DNA from: a bacterium | Lineage (GTDB): Bacteria > UBA8248 | Length of the DNA: 64,000 bases | Direction of reading: 5' to 3' | Assembly (NCBI GenBank): GCA_965221165.1 | Contig: CBDCRP010000003.1 | Location: 992,001 to 1,056,000 of the forward strand | In this document: positions 18,866 through 28,874 of the stretch, piece after piece | Numbering within the stretch: position 1 is the first letter of the stretch | How the letters are laid out: every line of letters starts with the position of its first letter | Made by a program: the position numbers and the translations under genes | Notes under the pieces: generated by a model | Told to the model about the DNA's origin: nothing | Seen by the model: only the letters and a program-made list of their open reading frames with translations | Database searches by the model: none

Positions 18866-20839
18866 CTATGCGGAAGCGGCTCCTCCGGCCACGGGAGCGG
18901 GCGTGGGTTCTCCCTCCTCGGCGAGGCGTCTTTTCTGCATGAGGAAAACCGCGCCCAGCATGACCGCGCCCGCCAGGTGGTTCAAATAGCCCGGCCAGAA
19001 CAAAAGCCCCGCCGCAATAAACAAAAACGCGCGCATCGGGGTCGAGAAGCGGAAATACATGAACCCGACCATGCCGGCAGCCAGGGCCTGGAAGCCGAGA
19101 AGCGCCGCGGCGAAAGTCTCGAGTGAGAGCCAGGGCTGGCGAATCAGCAGAATCGGGGTGAAGGCGAACATCAGGGGCAGGATGTACATGCCCTTCGCCG
19201 TGCGGAAAGACGCCCAGGCGGCCTTTGCCGGGTTGGCGTCCGCTATCCCCGCCGCCGTATAGGCGGGCACGCACACGGGGGGCGTGAAACAACTGTCCAG
19301 GCTGTACCAGAACACGATGAGGTGGGCGGAGATCAACGAGAGCTTGAACGGCTCTCCGAGTTCCAAAAGCGCGGGCACGGCCATGACCGACAAGACGATG
19401 TAGGCCGCGCTCGTCGGCAGTCCCATACCGAGCACGAACGAGGCCACGCCCACCAGGAGGATGCCCAGGAACAGGTTGTCGTTCGCCATGTTCGTGACCA
19501 AAGAGGAGAACTTGAGGCCCAGGCCGGTCTGGAAGAGCGCCCCCATGATGATGCCCACCGCGCCCACCGCCGCGCAAATGGGAAGGGATTGCACCGCGCC
19601 TTTCTCGAGCGCGAGGACGATGTTCCAAAGTCCCCTGCCTATTTCGCTCACTATTTCCTGGAGGCTCGTGCCCTCCCTTCTGGCTTTTTCCAGCAATACG
19701 AGTGCGCCCTTTAGCCCCGCCAGAAGCACGACGGAGAGAATGCCGGCGAGCCCGGCTAAGGGTACGGTTCTGCCCGTCATGAGGATTCCCAGAATCACGA
19801 GCGGGGGCAGAAGGTAGAACCACCCTCCTTTCATGATGGGTCCAAGAGGGGGTATCAACTCCCGGGGCATGCCCACCAGACCCCCTTTTCTCGCTTCTAA
19901 ATGCACGATCGCGTAGACGGAGAAGAAATACAAAACGGCGGGCAGGACGGATACCTTCACGATCTCCCAATACGATATGCCCGTGAACTCCACGATCAAA
20001 AACGCAGACGCCCCCATGACGGGCGGCATAATCTGCCCCCCCGTGGAAGCCGCCGTCTCGATGGCAGCCGCCGTTTCGGCCTTGAAGCCGGTGCGCTTCA
20101 TCATCGGGATGGTAAACGAACCCGTGGTGACCACGTTCGCGTTCGCGCTGCCCATGATGGTGCCCGTCATGGCGCTGGCGAAAACCGCCGCCTTCGCCGG
20201 TCCGCCGCGCAGCCTGCCGGCGATCGACACGGAGAGTTTCACGTAGAAATCGGCCGCCCCCATGCGATCCAGAAACGCGCCGAAGAGGATGAACAAGAAG
20301 ATATAGACCGAAAAGACGCTCATAGGCGCCGTCCACAGGCCGTCGTAGGTAAAGTACTGGTGATCGACGATGAGCATATAGGTGGCCCCTTTGTGCGCCA
20401 GATACAAGGGAAAATAGGGGCCGAAATACGAATAGACGATGAAGAAACACGATATCAGGGGAAGCGCCAGGTTGATGGTCCTTCGCGCCGCCTCCCAGGT
20501 GAGCAACAGGACCGCGGAGCCCAGGAACATATCGATGGGTTCGAGCGGGTCGACGTAATACAGGCGATCCAGAAAATAATCGGTGTACAGTACCGGGTAG
20601 GCGATGGAGGCGACCGCCAGGAGGCAGACGGCGGCCGACACGGCGGCGCGCCACCCGCCTCCAGCGGGTTTTCTGTAGATGATGAATATCAGGGACATCC
20701 CGAACAGATACGAAAGCGCCCTCTGGTACAGCGGCTCATACCCTCCCGTATAGGCTATCTGGATGTGATAGACGGACATCCCGACCGCTATCACCAGGAC
20801 GAGCCAGTCCAGAGAGGTCCTTCCCTTGTTATCGCTCAC
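18866..20839 (-). CDS. TRAP transporter fused 4TM/12TM permease
   Basis: GGPAKAAV, ASTGGQIMPPVMGASAF, LGMGLPTSAAY, TPPVC. Confidence 0.93.
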   Translation of the reverse strand: MSDNKGRTSLDWLVLVIAVGMSVYHIQIAYTGGYEPLYQRALSYLFGMSLIFIIYRKPAGGGWRAAVSAAVCLLAVASIAYPVLYTDYFLDRLYYVDPLEPIDMFLGSAVLLLTWEAARRTINLALPLISCFFIVYSYFGPYFPLYLAHKGATYMLIVDHQYFTYDGLWTAPMSVFSVYIFLFILFGAFLDRMGAADFYVKLSVSIAGRLRGGPAKAAVFASAMTGTIMGSANANVVTTGSFTIPMMKRTGFKAETAAAIETAASTGGQIMPPVMGASAFLIVEFTGISYWEIVKVSVLPAVLYFFSVYAIVHLEARKGGLVGMPRELIPPLGPIMKGGWFYLLPPLVILGILMTGRTVPLAGLAGILSVVLLAGLKGALVLLEKARREGTSLQEIVSEIGRGLWNIVLALEKGAVQSLPICAAVGAVGIIMGALFQTGLGLKFSSLVTNMANDNLFLGILLVGVASFVLGMGLPTSAAYIVLSVMAVPALLELGEPFKLSLISAHLIVFWYSLDSCFTPPVCVPAYTAAGIADANPAKAAWASFRTAKGMYILPLMFAFTPILLIRQPWLSLETFAAALLGFQALAAGMVGFMYFRFSTPMRAFLFIAAGLLFWPGYLNHLAGAVMLGAVFLMQKRRLAEEGEPTPAPVAGGAASA

Positions 20840-20863
20840 GCTCTCGCCTCTTCGCCAGGATGG

Positions 20864-21847
20864 TTACATCGAACCCCCGGCTTCCTTGTAGAAACGCTTG
20901 GCGCCCTCATGCAGGGGTATCCCGACGTTCATGCCCGCCTTCTTGGGGACCCAGTTCTTGTAGATCTTGTGGACGCCCCCGAGGAACTTGTGCTCGTTCT
21001 TCGCTATCTTGAGGATAGAGTAGACCACGTCGGCGCTCATCTTGGTCGTGGTGAACAGGATGCCCGAAAGCCCCATCGAGTCCTTGGGCTTGGGGTTGCC
21101 CTTGTACATGCCGCCCGGAATCTGGCAGGGCGTGAAGCCGTGGCTCGCCAACAGCTTCTTCACGTCGTCGGCCATGTCCAGGAACACGAGGTTCCGGCCG
21201 ATGGCCGCCTGGATGCCCGCGCCGTTGGGGTCGCCCGAATTATGGAAGTAGAAATCGATCTGGCGCGCCCTGATCGCGCGCGACATGCCGCCGGCGCCCG
21301 GGAAGGTGAGCTTGTAGCCGCGCTTGTTGAGCTTCTTATAACTCGACCCGTAGTGCTTCACGATCACGCTCGCAATGTACTCCGTGCTCGTTCCCTTCTT
21401 TGCCGGGGCCAGTTTGAGCGGCTTTTTCGACTTGATGATGTCGCCCCAGGTCTTGACCCCTGCGTCATACTGCTCCTTGGCGGCATACTGGTGGTAGCAA
21501 GAGGGCCAGAAAGCGGCGATGCCCCGGAGGTTCTTGTAGGACTTCTTGTAAGGAGTCTTTCCGGCCATCGCGGCGCCGGCGAAGCTCGAGAACGAATAGC
21601 CGAAATCCGCGCCTCCTCCTCCCACACGCGCCGGGTTCGCGCGCCCGCCGCCGGGCGTCACGTTGAGGATGAACTTTTTCTGTTTCCTGTTGACGATTTC
21701 GCTGAGGCCCGCGCCCAGCCTGCCCATCGTGCCGCCCAGGCTGCCGACCGCAACGTCGTATTTCGCAGGCGCGGCGTAGGCGTCGCCCACCGTCAGAAAC
21801 GGCAGGGTCAGAGCCAGAATTCCGAACATCATGACGATTCTCTTCAT
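20864..21847 (-). CDS. TAXI-family TRAP solute-binding protein
   Basis: Signal peptide, GSLGGT, C-terminal IPLHEGAKRFYKE; directly upstream of the permease. Confidence 0.9.
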   Translation of the reverse strand: MKRIVMMFGILALTLPFLTVGDAYAAPAKYDVAVGSLGGTMGRLGAGLSEIVNRKQKKFILNVTPGGGRANPARVGGGGADFGYSFSSFAGAAMAGKTPYKKSYKNLRGIAAFWPSCYHQYAAKEQYDAGVKTWGDIIKSKKPLKLAPAKKGTSTEYIASVIVKHYGSSYKKLNKRGYKLTFPGAGGMSRAIRARQIDFYFHNSGDPNGAGIQAAIGRNLVFLDMADDVKKLLASHGFTPCQIPGGMYKGNPKPKDSMGLSGILFTTTKMSADVVYSILKIAKNEHKFLGGVHKIYKNWVPKKAGMNVGIPLHEGAKRFYKEAGGSM

Positions 21848-22102
21848 TTTTCCTCTCCTTGATGAAGTGATGCAGGACTTCGACGATGTGGTTCAAAAAG
21901 CTCCCGCTCATCGAGACGCATTCCAGTGAGAACCAACCCACTCGCCGCGTTCTCAAAGAGCGCTCTTTTCTGTATGCTTGGGCCTGAATCTTACAGACGG
22001 GAGCGTTTCGCTGTCAATGAATCATGGGCGTCGAGCGAGCGTTTCAGTCTCTAAATCTGGAACGACCCGAAAAAATCGTTTTCTTCGATAAGGAGCAGGA
22101 AC

Positions 22103-22453
22103 ATGCCGTTTTACCGTTGGGAGGAGATGAAGCGAAAAAACCTGGCGAGGCCGTCCGATTCGGAGGGCAGCATCATCATCGGCGAGCGCGTCACCCTGAA
22201 CCGCTCGGTGAGCCGGCCGGGCAAGCTGGCCCGCCCGCACACGCACGATTGCGAACAGATCATCAACGTCGTCGAGGGAACCGCCTGGTTCCGGGTGGGG
22301 GATGAGGAAAAAACCGTCACCGCAGGCGACATCGTCCACATCCCCGAGGGGACCGAGCACGAGTTCAAAAACGAGAGCGACGGCGAATTCATCTACCTCT
22401 CGTTCAAGAACAAATCGGAGGGCTGGCCCCCGCCGACCGCGACGATGGACTAG
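22103..22453 (+). CDS. Cupin-domain protein
   Basis: PHTHDCEQ...GDIVHIPEGTEH; AGGAG RBS. Confidence 0.88.
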   Translation: MPFYRWEEMKRKNLARPSDSEGSIIIGERVTLNRSVSRPGKLARPHTHDCEQIINVVEGTAWFRVGDEEKTVTAGDIVHIPEGTEHEFKNESDGEFIYLSFKNKSEGWPPPTATMD

Positions 22454-23577
22454 GTTCTCGCTTTTAACCCCGCATGCAGATCTTCGGGGTCGATGGGGAG
22501 TTTGACGACTTGCCTGCGCTTGGCGGATAAATCGCACGCCATGCAGAGCATGAGGTTCCGGTGTCCCTCCGCACCCGTGGCGTGGGGCATGTCCGTACCC
22601 GTAAAGACGTGCGCGAGCCAGGCGATGGATTCATCGCGCATCGGACCCCAGAACTGCCCCTTGGACATATCCCCCGCAGGGTAGCTCTCGAGCAGATGCA
22701 CGTGGCGCTCCTCCCCCCGGTGGGAGGCCAGCGGGTTCTCGGACGCCATGATGAAATCGGCATGGGTGTCGTCGATGGTGAGCGCGCCCTCGGTGCCCAC
22801 CACGCTGATGGTGACGCCATAGGTCGAGGCGGGCCAGATGGTGGGCATCCCCCAGTTGCACTCCATGCTCCAGATGGTCCCATCGTCGAAGGTGAAGATG
22901 CTGAAGGTGGCGTCCTGCGTGCCGATTCCCGTCATCACCCTGGATATCGAGCGCGAGACGACCTCTACGGGCCTTTTTTCCGGCCCCATCACGAACAGCA
23001 TGACGTCCAGCGCATGGGTACCGGAGATCACCATGGGCGTAAGTGCGGAGCGATCCTCGTTTTTCGACAGCCGGGTGATGCCGACCTGGCGGTTTAACAG
23101 CGCGCGCGTCGTCGCGGAGGTAACCTCGCCCAATATCCCCGACTGCACGTGCTCGCGCGCCGTCAGCCAGCGCCTCCTGAAGCGCTGGGTGTAGCCCACC
23201 AGAAGCTCCACGCCCGCCGCTTCGGCGGCTTCCACGATTTTCGCCGATTCGGTCACGCTCGTAGCCAGTGGTTTTTCCACGAGTATCCTGTGGCCCTGCT
23301 CTATAGATTCCCAAAGCGGCTTCGCGTGCCATTCCTCGTCCGTGGCGATGATGACGGCGTTGACCTCGGGCCTCCGGATGAGTTGCGCGAAATCGGTCGT
23401 GAAAAAATCCGCCTCGAACTCCCCGGCCATCGCCCTTCCCTTTTTCTCGTCGATGTCGCAGCAGCCGAGCCACTCCGTGCCCGGGTATTCCCTCGCGCAG
23501 CGCGCGCGAATGCGCCCCACCCGGCCGCAGCCGACCACGGCCAGACCAATCGGGTTTTTCTCCCCTCCCAAAACCGC
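22450..23577 (-). CDS. Gfo/Idh/MocA-family oxidoreductase
   Basis: VVGCGRVG, LVEKPLA, GYTQRF, GTHALD. Start approximate. Confidence 0.9.
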   Translation of the reverse strand, partial: AVLGGEKNPIGLAVVGCGRVGRIRARCAREYPGTEWLGCCDIDEKKGRAMAGEFEADFFTTDFAQLIRRPEVNAVIIATDEEWHAKPLWESIEQGHRILVEKPLATSVTESAKIVEAAEAAGVELLVGYTQRFRRRWLTAREHVQSGILGEVTSATTRALLNRQVGITRLSKNEDRSALTPMVISGTHALDVMLFVMGPEKRPVEVVSRSISRVMTGIGTQDATFSIFTFDDGTIWSMECNWGMPTIWPASTYGVTISVVGTEGALTIDDTHADFIMASENPLASHRGEERHVHLLESYPAGDMSKGQFWGPMRDESIAWLAHVFTGTDMPHATGAEGHRNLMLCMACDLSAKRRQVVKLPIDPEDLHAGLKART

Positions 23578-23756
23578 CATCACCCTCTCCCGTAAATTTA
23601 TCAAGACGTATAAAAAACGCGCCGGAGTCCAATCCGACGCCTTTTGGATTCCCCTTCATACCAGCTTCGGGGGATGCGCGCATCTTCAACCGCCTTTACG
23701 CAGATCCATTCCGACTGAAAATAGGAGTTGCGCCTTCACATCGGACGGGACAACAC

Positions 23757-24070
23757 GCCGTAGGGACAGGCCCCCGTGCCTGTCCTGTGTTTGGAAGAAG
23801 TCCACGTAAGGACATTTAGGTTCGCCCGTACGAGAATCCCCGTACCGAAGGTTGTCGTCATTCCGGCGCATGCCGGAATCCAGAACGGACGAGGCGGGCA
23901 TGTTACGGCGGTTCATACCCCTTCGATGAAGTCGGAATGCCACCGGAGAATGAAAGTCGAAGGGCAAATTCCCTGGATTCCGGCATGCGCCGGAATGACG
24001 AACAAAAACGAATACCGGGCGCGGACAGGCACGGGGGCCTGTCCCTACCAACTCCCCCTCAAGGGGAGTG
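23757..24070. repeat. REP-like palindrome mosaic (nested inverted pairs)
   Basis: GTAGGGACAGGCCCCCGTGCCTGTCC ... GGACAGGCACGGGGGCCTGTCCCTAC enclosing a GTCATTCCGGC/GCCGGAATGAC pair, then ACTCCCCCTCAAGGGGAGT. Confidence 0.88.
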
Positions 24071-24118
24071 ATTCACCAAGCTAAACTCCGGGAGAAATAA
24101 TGATACACGACCCAAAAC

Positions 24119-24760
24119 CTACCGCCCCTCCCGCATGAACAGACCCGTGTCGGCGAGAGCCGCCTTGACGACCTCATCCTTTAGAGAACCGGCGGGTAGC
24201 GGCGCCCCGAAGCGCAGTCGTATCCGCTCCTTGAAGATGGGGATCATGAAGCCGGTGCGCATCAGTTCCGCGTTGTCGAGCCTTAATAAACCCTCCGCGG
24301 TCCGCCGGACCCGGATGCCGTAGAGAAAAAACTCCTTGCCCTTCACGAATAGGTAGGTGACCGGCCCGGGCGCGTGACGCAAGGCGTTCAGTTCCCGGTA
24401 ACTGCCCAGAGGAATATCCTCGGGCACGATGAAAAAGTGCTGCGCCGTGCAGCGCATGCAGGGGGCGCCGCCTGCTTTTTCTCTCTTCGAAGTCCTCACG
24501 CCCGAAGGCCCGGCGGTATTCATCATCCGAAGCGGGACGCCGCTTCGCCACTCCTGCGGCGCGTCCATATTCTCAGGCGGCGGGGGCAGTTGCTGTACGA
24601 CCGCATACAAGGCGGCTTTATCCTGGCGGTCCTGCGCGGGATAAATGCCGACGATTTGAGCGTCGGGAGTTTCCGAATATGCCACCAGCGAGGCAAGAAC
24701 CAGCGCCATCGCCAGAACCGCCGCTTGAAAAAAACGAAACCGCAAGGAGCGAGAATTCAC
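24119..24760 (-). CDS. Hypothetical exported protein with CxxC
   Basis: Signal-peptide-like N-terminus, PCMRC; abuts the upstream oxidoreductase stop. Confidence 0.6.
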   Translation of the reverse strand: MNSRSLRFRFFQAAVLAMALVLASLVAYSETPDAQIVGIYPAQDRQDKAALYAVVQQLPPPPENMDAPQEWRSGVPLRMMNTAGPSGVRTSKREKAGGAPCMRCTAQHFFIVPEDIPLGSYRELNALRHAPGPVTYLFVKGKEFFLYGIRVRRTAEGLLRLDNAELMRTGFMIPIFKERIRLRFGAPLPAGSLKDEVVKAALADTGLFMREGR

Positions 24761-25870
24761 TTATTCAAAATCCTCAGGCGATGCCGGGAGCGATACCGCC
24801 CGTCCGGTTTTGGCCGAATGATCCATCGCCAGACACAGCATCAAGTTATCGTGCGCCTCCCGCGCGGTGGTGTGCGGCGTGGGGACGCCCAGATAAATCC
24901 TGTCGAACCACGAGCGCGTCTCCTCGCGCATGGGGCCCCAGAGTTGATCGAACACCAGATCCCCCGGCGGATAGCTGGTGAGAAAACTCACGTTGCGCTC
25001 CTGTTTCAGGCGCGCCGATTCGTGCGGCTCCTCGGTGGCGAATACGATATCGCGGTGCGTGTCGTCTATCGTGAGCACGCCTCCCGTACCCACGATGCCC
25101 AGTTCGAGCGAATAGACCTCCGCCGGCCAAACGCGCGGCAGCGCCCAGCTCACGTTCATGCTCCATATCGTCCCGTCCTCATAGGTGACGATGGCGAAGG
25201 TGGAATCCTTCGTGAGGTAGGGCGCCATCGCCTTGTCCACCGAGCGCGCGTACACCTCCACCGGCCGCCGCCCCTCCAGAAGCCAGGAGCACAAATCCAC
25301 GCTGTGAGTGCCGGAGATGACCATGGGGGTGAATTTCGTGGGAAATTCGGTTTTGGTGGAATTCGCCACCGGGTTCATGCGGTTCAAGAAGGCGCGGCCC
25401 GTGACGGAGGAGACGTCGCCCAACTCTCCTGTGCGAATCTTCTCCTTCGCCACCAGAAAGCGGCGGCGGAACCTCTGCGTATAGCCCAGGACGGCATCGA
25501 TTCCCGCGTCGTCGATGGCGCGCACCAGCTTTTCGGACACGTCGGCATCCACCGCAAGGGGCTTTTCGATCAGCATCCGGTGGCCGCGCTCCACGCCGAT
25601 GAAGATGGGTTCGAGCCGCTCATTCGCGTATGTGGCCAAAACGGTGCTGTTCACCTCATCGCGCTTTAAGAGCTCGCGGTAATCCGTGGTAAAAAAATCG
25701 GCCTCGACATCTTCGGCCAGTTTTCTTCCCACCTTCTCGTTAATATCGCACAACCCCATCCATTCGACCGCCGCATTCTGGCGCGCGAATTCCGCTCGGA
25801 TGCGCCCGATCTTCCCGCATCCCACCACGGCCAGGCCGATGGGCCTTCTCGTCTCACTCGATAGGGTCAT
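24761..25870 (-). CDS. Gfo/Idh/MocA-family oxidoreductase (paralog of 22450-23577)
   Basis: VVGCGKIG, LIEKPLA, GYTQRFRRR, TPMVISGTH shared with the paralog. Confidence 0.9.
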   Translation of the reverse strand: MTLSSETRRPIGLAVVGCGKIGRIRAEFARQNAAVEWMGLCDINEKVGRKLAEDVEADFFTTDYRELLKRDEVNSTVLATYANERLEPIFIGVERGHRMLIEKPLAVDADVSEKLVRAIDDAGIDAVLGYTQRFRRRFLVAKEKIRTGELGDVSSVTGRAFLNRMNPVANSTKTEFPTKFTPMVISGTHSVDLCSWLLEGRRPVEVYARSVDKAMAPYLTKDSTFAIVTYEDGTIWSMNVSWALPRVWPAEVYSLELGIVGTGGVLTIDDTHRDIVFATEEPHESARLKQERNVSFLTSYPPGDLVFDQLWGPMREETRSWFDRIYLGVPTPHTTAREAHDNLMLCLAMDHSAKTGRAVSLPASPEDFE

Positions 25871-26038
25871 GGATATCACCTTGTTCAGAGAGCGCTGATT
25901 CCAAAGCCGGGCGCATCTTCCCACCCGAGCCCTTCGCGGCGCAAGCCGGGGTTCAAAGGCCGCCCTGGTTCCAAAAATTCGCATTTCATCGGAAAATGGG
26001 CCATTCTCTTGGTAACTAATCCCGAAAGGAGTGACACC

Positions 26039-26689
26039 GTGTCCCGCGTACCCATGCTCAAATCCGGCGCCGACGACCCCGTTGTGAACCACCTCTTCGA
26101 CCATGCGGGTGTTCTGCTGAACCGAATCCCCAACGCCTGGCGCGTGATGGCGAACCAGCCTTTCATCACGAAATTCATGCTGCCGCTCACCTCCTCACTC
26201 CTGCGCCAGGGCCTTGGTTCGGCCCTCGACACGAGGACGAAAGAACTGGCCATCATCAAGACCAGCCAGCTCAACAACTGCGCCTACTGACTGGCGCACA
26301 ACACGCCGGTTGGTCAATCGGTGGGAATCACGGAAATCCAGATAGCGGCCATCAGCGAGGGTGACTATAGCCCCTTCACCGAAAAAGAACGCGCCGTCCT
26401 GCTCTGGGCGGAACACGTCACTCTCAATACGGCCAGGGAGCGGGACGACGTCTTCGAGGAAGTCAAAAAACATTTCAGCGACACCGAAATCGTGGAACTC
26501 ACCATGGTCATCACCTATTTCAACATGAGAAACAAATTCAACGACGCGCTGGGCATTCCCATCGAGGCGCAAGAAGAGATCGACAGGAACAAGATTCGCC
26601 AAAAAAATCCCGATGACTTGAAAGCGTATCTGGAGGCCCTGCTCGCCGACTGGCCGGATGAATTTCCCGAAGCGGGAAGCGGAGCATGA
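26039..26689 (+). CDS. AhpD/carboxymuconolactone decarboxylase-like selenoprotein (CAYU)
   Basis: GTG after AAGGAG; KELAIIKTSQLNNCAY-UGA-LAH continues in frame into FSDTEIVELTMVITYFNMRNKFNDALGI; SECIS-like hairpin follows the UGA. Confidence 0.88.
26304..26323 (+). promoter_or_regulatory. Bacterial SECIS-like hairpin
   Basis: CGCCGGUU-GGUC-AAUCGGUG, 13 nt downstream of the UGA at 26288-26290. Confidence 0.75.
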
Positions 26690-26949
26690 CGAAAACCCTC
26701 ATCCGAAACGCGACTATTCTTTCGATGGACCCTGAAGTCGGGGAGATCGAAAGCGGCGACTTACTCATCGAGGGCGAGCGGATTTCCGAGGTGGGCGAGA
26801 ACCTCACAGAGACGGACGCGGAAACCATCGACGCGCAAGATATGATCCTCCTGCCCGGCCTCGTGAACGCGCACATGCACACCCGGCAGACCGCACTTCG
26901 CGGCCTGGGAGGCGACTGGGGCGGGCGCGGGGGGTTCGAGCCGAGCTAG
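26686..26949 (+). pseudogene. Amidohydrolase (SsnA-like) N-terminal fragment
   Basis: LIRNATILSMD, GDLLIEG, LLPGLVNAHMH; stops at 87 aa next to an IS remnant. Confidence 0.85.
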
Positions 26950-27217
26950 GAGCAGCACGCGGTAGTGGACGACGCGCGCGGTGCGGCGCGGTCTTGAGAA
27001 CATGAAGATACAGTCCTACCTGACGGCGGCGGCGATCAACCTCAAGCGGCTCGCCGCCGCGCTTGCTGCAAATCCGTGCGCCGTCCGGAAGGCCTGGAGC
27101 GCCCGAGAAGAGCCGCTGCATGTCCATCGCGCCCACGCACCGAGAATGGGCTTCCCGTCCGCCGCCGCGTGACCCTCCATACCGCCCGCTCCCAAAACCG
27201 GGTTATTCAACAACCCC
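26950..27217 (+). mobile_element. IS remnant: transposase C-terminus (IS1182/IS5-like) and right end
   Basis: RAVRRGLENMKIQSYLTAAAINLKRL; terminal GGTTATTCAACAACCCC resembles an IS inverted repeat. Confidence 0.7.
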
Positions 27218-27269
27218 GGGGAGGTCAGTCTTCCCGAGGAGGGGGAGACTGCGCCCTTGCCGCCCGGTG

Positions 27270-27750
27270 TGCAAATGCGGGGAAATACGGGGAAATGCGG
27301 GGGGCCGAAAAACTTTTTTTTATGGGAAAACCGGCGAAATTCGTTTCTTTTTTACTTCATGTATCCTTCGTAAATATTTGAAATATAGTATGTTATCGTT
27401 TTGATAAAATTTTCTGAATTTTTCACTTATTTTCACTTATTTTCACCTTTTTTCAGATATTTTCAGATATTTTCACTTGATATGATTATTTTCATTATCT
27501 TCCCATATGAAACGGCTACGAGGAATTTCGTCATTTCGCCGACCCTGCCCTTATCAAACGGCTACGAAAGATTTGCTTGCGCCATCGGCCCTGCCCTTAT
27601 GAAACGGCTCCTCTCCCTCATCGTCGGTATACCTTCCTTCTCGGTCGGTATATCCTCCTTCTCGGTCGGGTTTGACCCACGTCGCGCGCACGATATCGGA
27701 GTACGGGACTTCACGGGGTACGGCAAATGCGGGGAGATGCGTGGGCGAGG
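27270..27750 (-). repeat. Composite non-coding repeat element (10-bp, 46-bp and 21-bp periodicities around an AT-rich core)
   Basis: GGGGAAATGC-type 10-mers at 27271-27304; TTTCA every 10 bp at 27421-27475; AAACGGCT at 27510/27556/27602; GTCGG at 27623/27644/27665. Confidence 0.8.
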
Positions 27751-27878
27751 GGGTGGACGATTGCCTTTGCAGGGGCAATCCCTCCTCGGGACCTCGCGAG
27801 CCGCCCGCGTTCCCTTGAAATTGCCGCCATTCAAGTGAGATTGCCGTCACCCCCGCCCGCGCGATAATCCTCCCGTCT

Positions 27879-28874
27879 TTACGCTCGTCCGCCCGCGCGC
27901 TCGAAAATTTCTTGTAATTCCCCTGAATCCTGCGTATGCGCCAGCGCCACCATCAGAAGCGTCCGGGCCTTGATTCCGCTCAGATAGCCTGCGGATATCG
28001 CCCCGCGCTCGAGCAGGCTTAAGAAAGAACCCGCGTGGGCCTTCGCTCGGTGCGGCGCGCCCGCGAAGATGCGCACGCCTATCACCACGGGGATTCCCGC
28101 CGCAAGGGCGTCGCACAAGGCGTGATAAAAGGGAACGTTCACGTTGCCCGCGCCGACTCCCTCCACCACGACCCCGTCCACCCGCTCGCGGATGCAGGCG
28201 CGCACGAGCAGGTCGTTCACCCCCTGGGTCACGGTGAGGTGCTGCACGTTTTCCTTCACATGGCCGACCTCGAAGTGAAGACGCCGCTCGGGACGGTAGT
28301 GAAAGAAGACGCCCTCATCCGAAACGACGCCTATCGGCCCGCCGTCTCTCGACGCAAAGGCGTGGGGACGCTGGCTGTGCACCTTGATGACGTCGCGCGC
28401 GGCGAATATCTCGCCATCCAGCGCGACCAGCACGCCCCTCCCCCGCGCCTCGGGCGCTGCGGCGATTTTCGCGGCGTAGAAGATGTTTCTGGGACCATCC
28501 GCGTCGCGGGCGACGGAATTGCGCATGGCGCCCGTTATCACGACGGGCTTCTCGCCGCCCAGGGTGAGGTCCAGGAGATAGGCCGTCTCCTCCATGGTGG
28601 CCGTCCCGTGGGTGATAACCGCCCCTGCCGTCTCCTCGTCCGCCAGAATCCCGCGCAGGCGGTCGCGGAGACCAAAGGCCGTAGCCGTCTCCATGACGTC
28701 GCTGGTGACGTTCGAGTGCTCGACGACGCGCACCTGGGCCGCACCGCCGAGTTCTGGAACCGAGGCGATCAACTCCTCCGCACCCGCCGCCGGCGCGTTC
28801 TCCCCTCCCCGCGTGTCGTATTTCGACGATATAGTCCCTCCGGTCGTCACTATCGCAACGGACGGCTTGTTCAT
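27879..28874 (-). CDS. Asparaginase/glutaminase-family protein
   Basis: TTGGTI, HGTATMEETAY, PVVITGAMR, DGPRN, EGVGAGN. Confidence 0.9.
   Translation of the reverse strand: MNKPSVAIVTTGGTISSKYDTRGGENAPAAGAEELIASVPELGGAAQVRVVEHSNVTSDVMETATAFGLRDRLRGILADEETAGAVITHGTATMEETAYLLDLTLGGEKPVVITGAMRNSVARDADGPRNIFYAAKIAAAPEARGRGVLVALDGEIFAARDVIKVHSQRPHAFASRDGGPIGVVSDEGVFFHYRPERRLHFEVGHVKENVQHLTVTQGVNDLLVRACIRERVDGVVVEGVGAGNVNVPFYHALCDALAAGIPVVIGVRIFAGAPHRAKAHAGSFLSLLERGAISAGYLSGIKARTLLMVALAHTQDSGELQEIFERAGGRA

Noticed and set aside
19901-21862. 653-aa + strand ORF
   Set aside because: Antisense shadow of the TRAP/TAXI genes in high-GC DNA; no recognisable motifs.
24440-24465. Heme c motif in the exported protein
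   Set aside because: CMRC is followed by T, not H.
3756-26290. Alternative genetic code explaining the three in-frame stops
   Set aside because: TGA and TAG end many intact genes in the window. Each case has its own explanation: decay, nonsense mutation, selenocysteine.
27400-27672. CRISPR array
   Set aside because: The 10-mers have no spacers. The 46-bp array has only three degenerate units with short spacers, and there are no cas genes.
27401-27838. 145-aa Phe-rich ORF
   Set aside because: The 10-bp period is not a multiple of 3, so this is an incidental translation of non-coding repeats.
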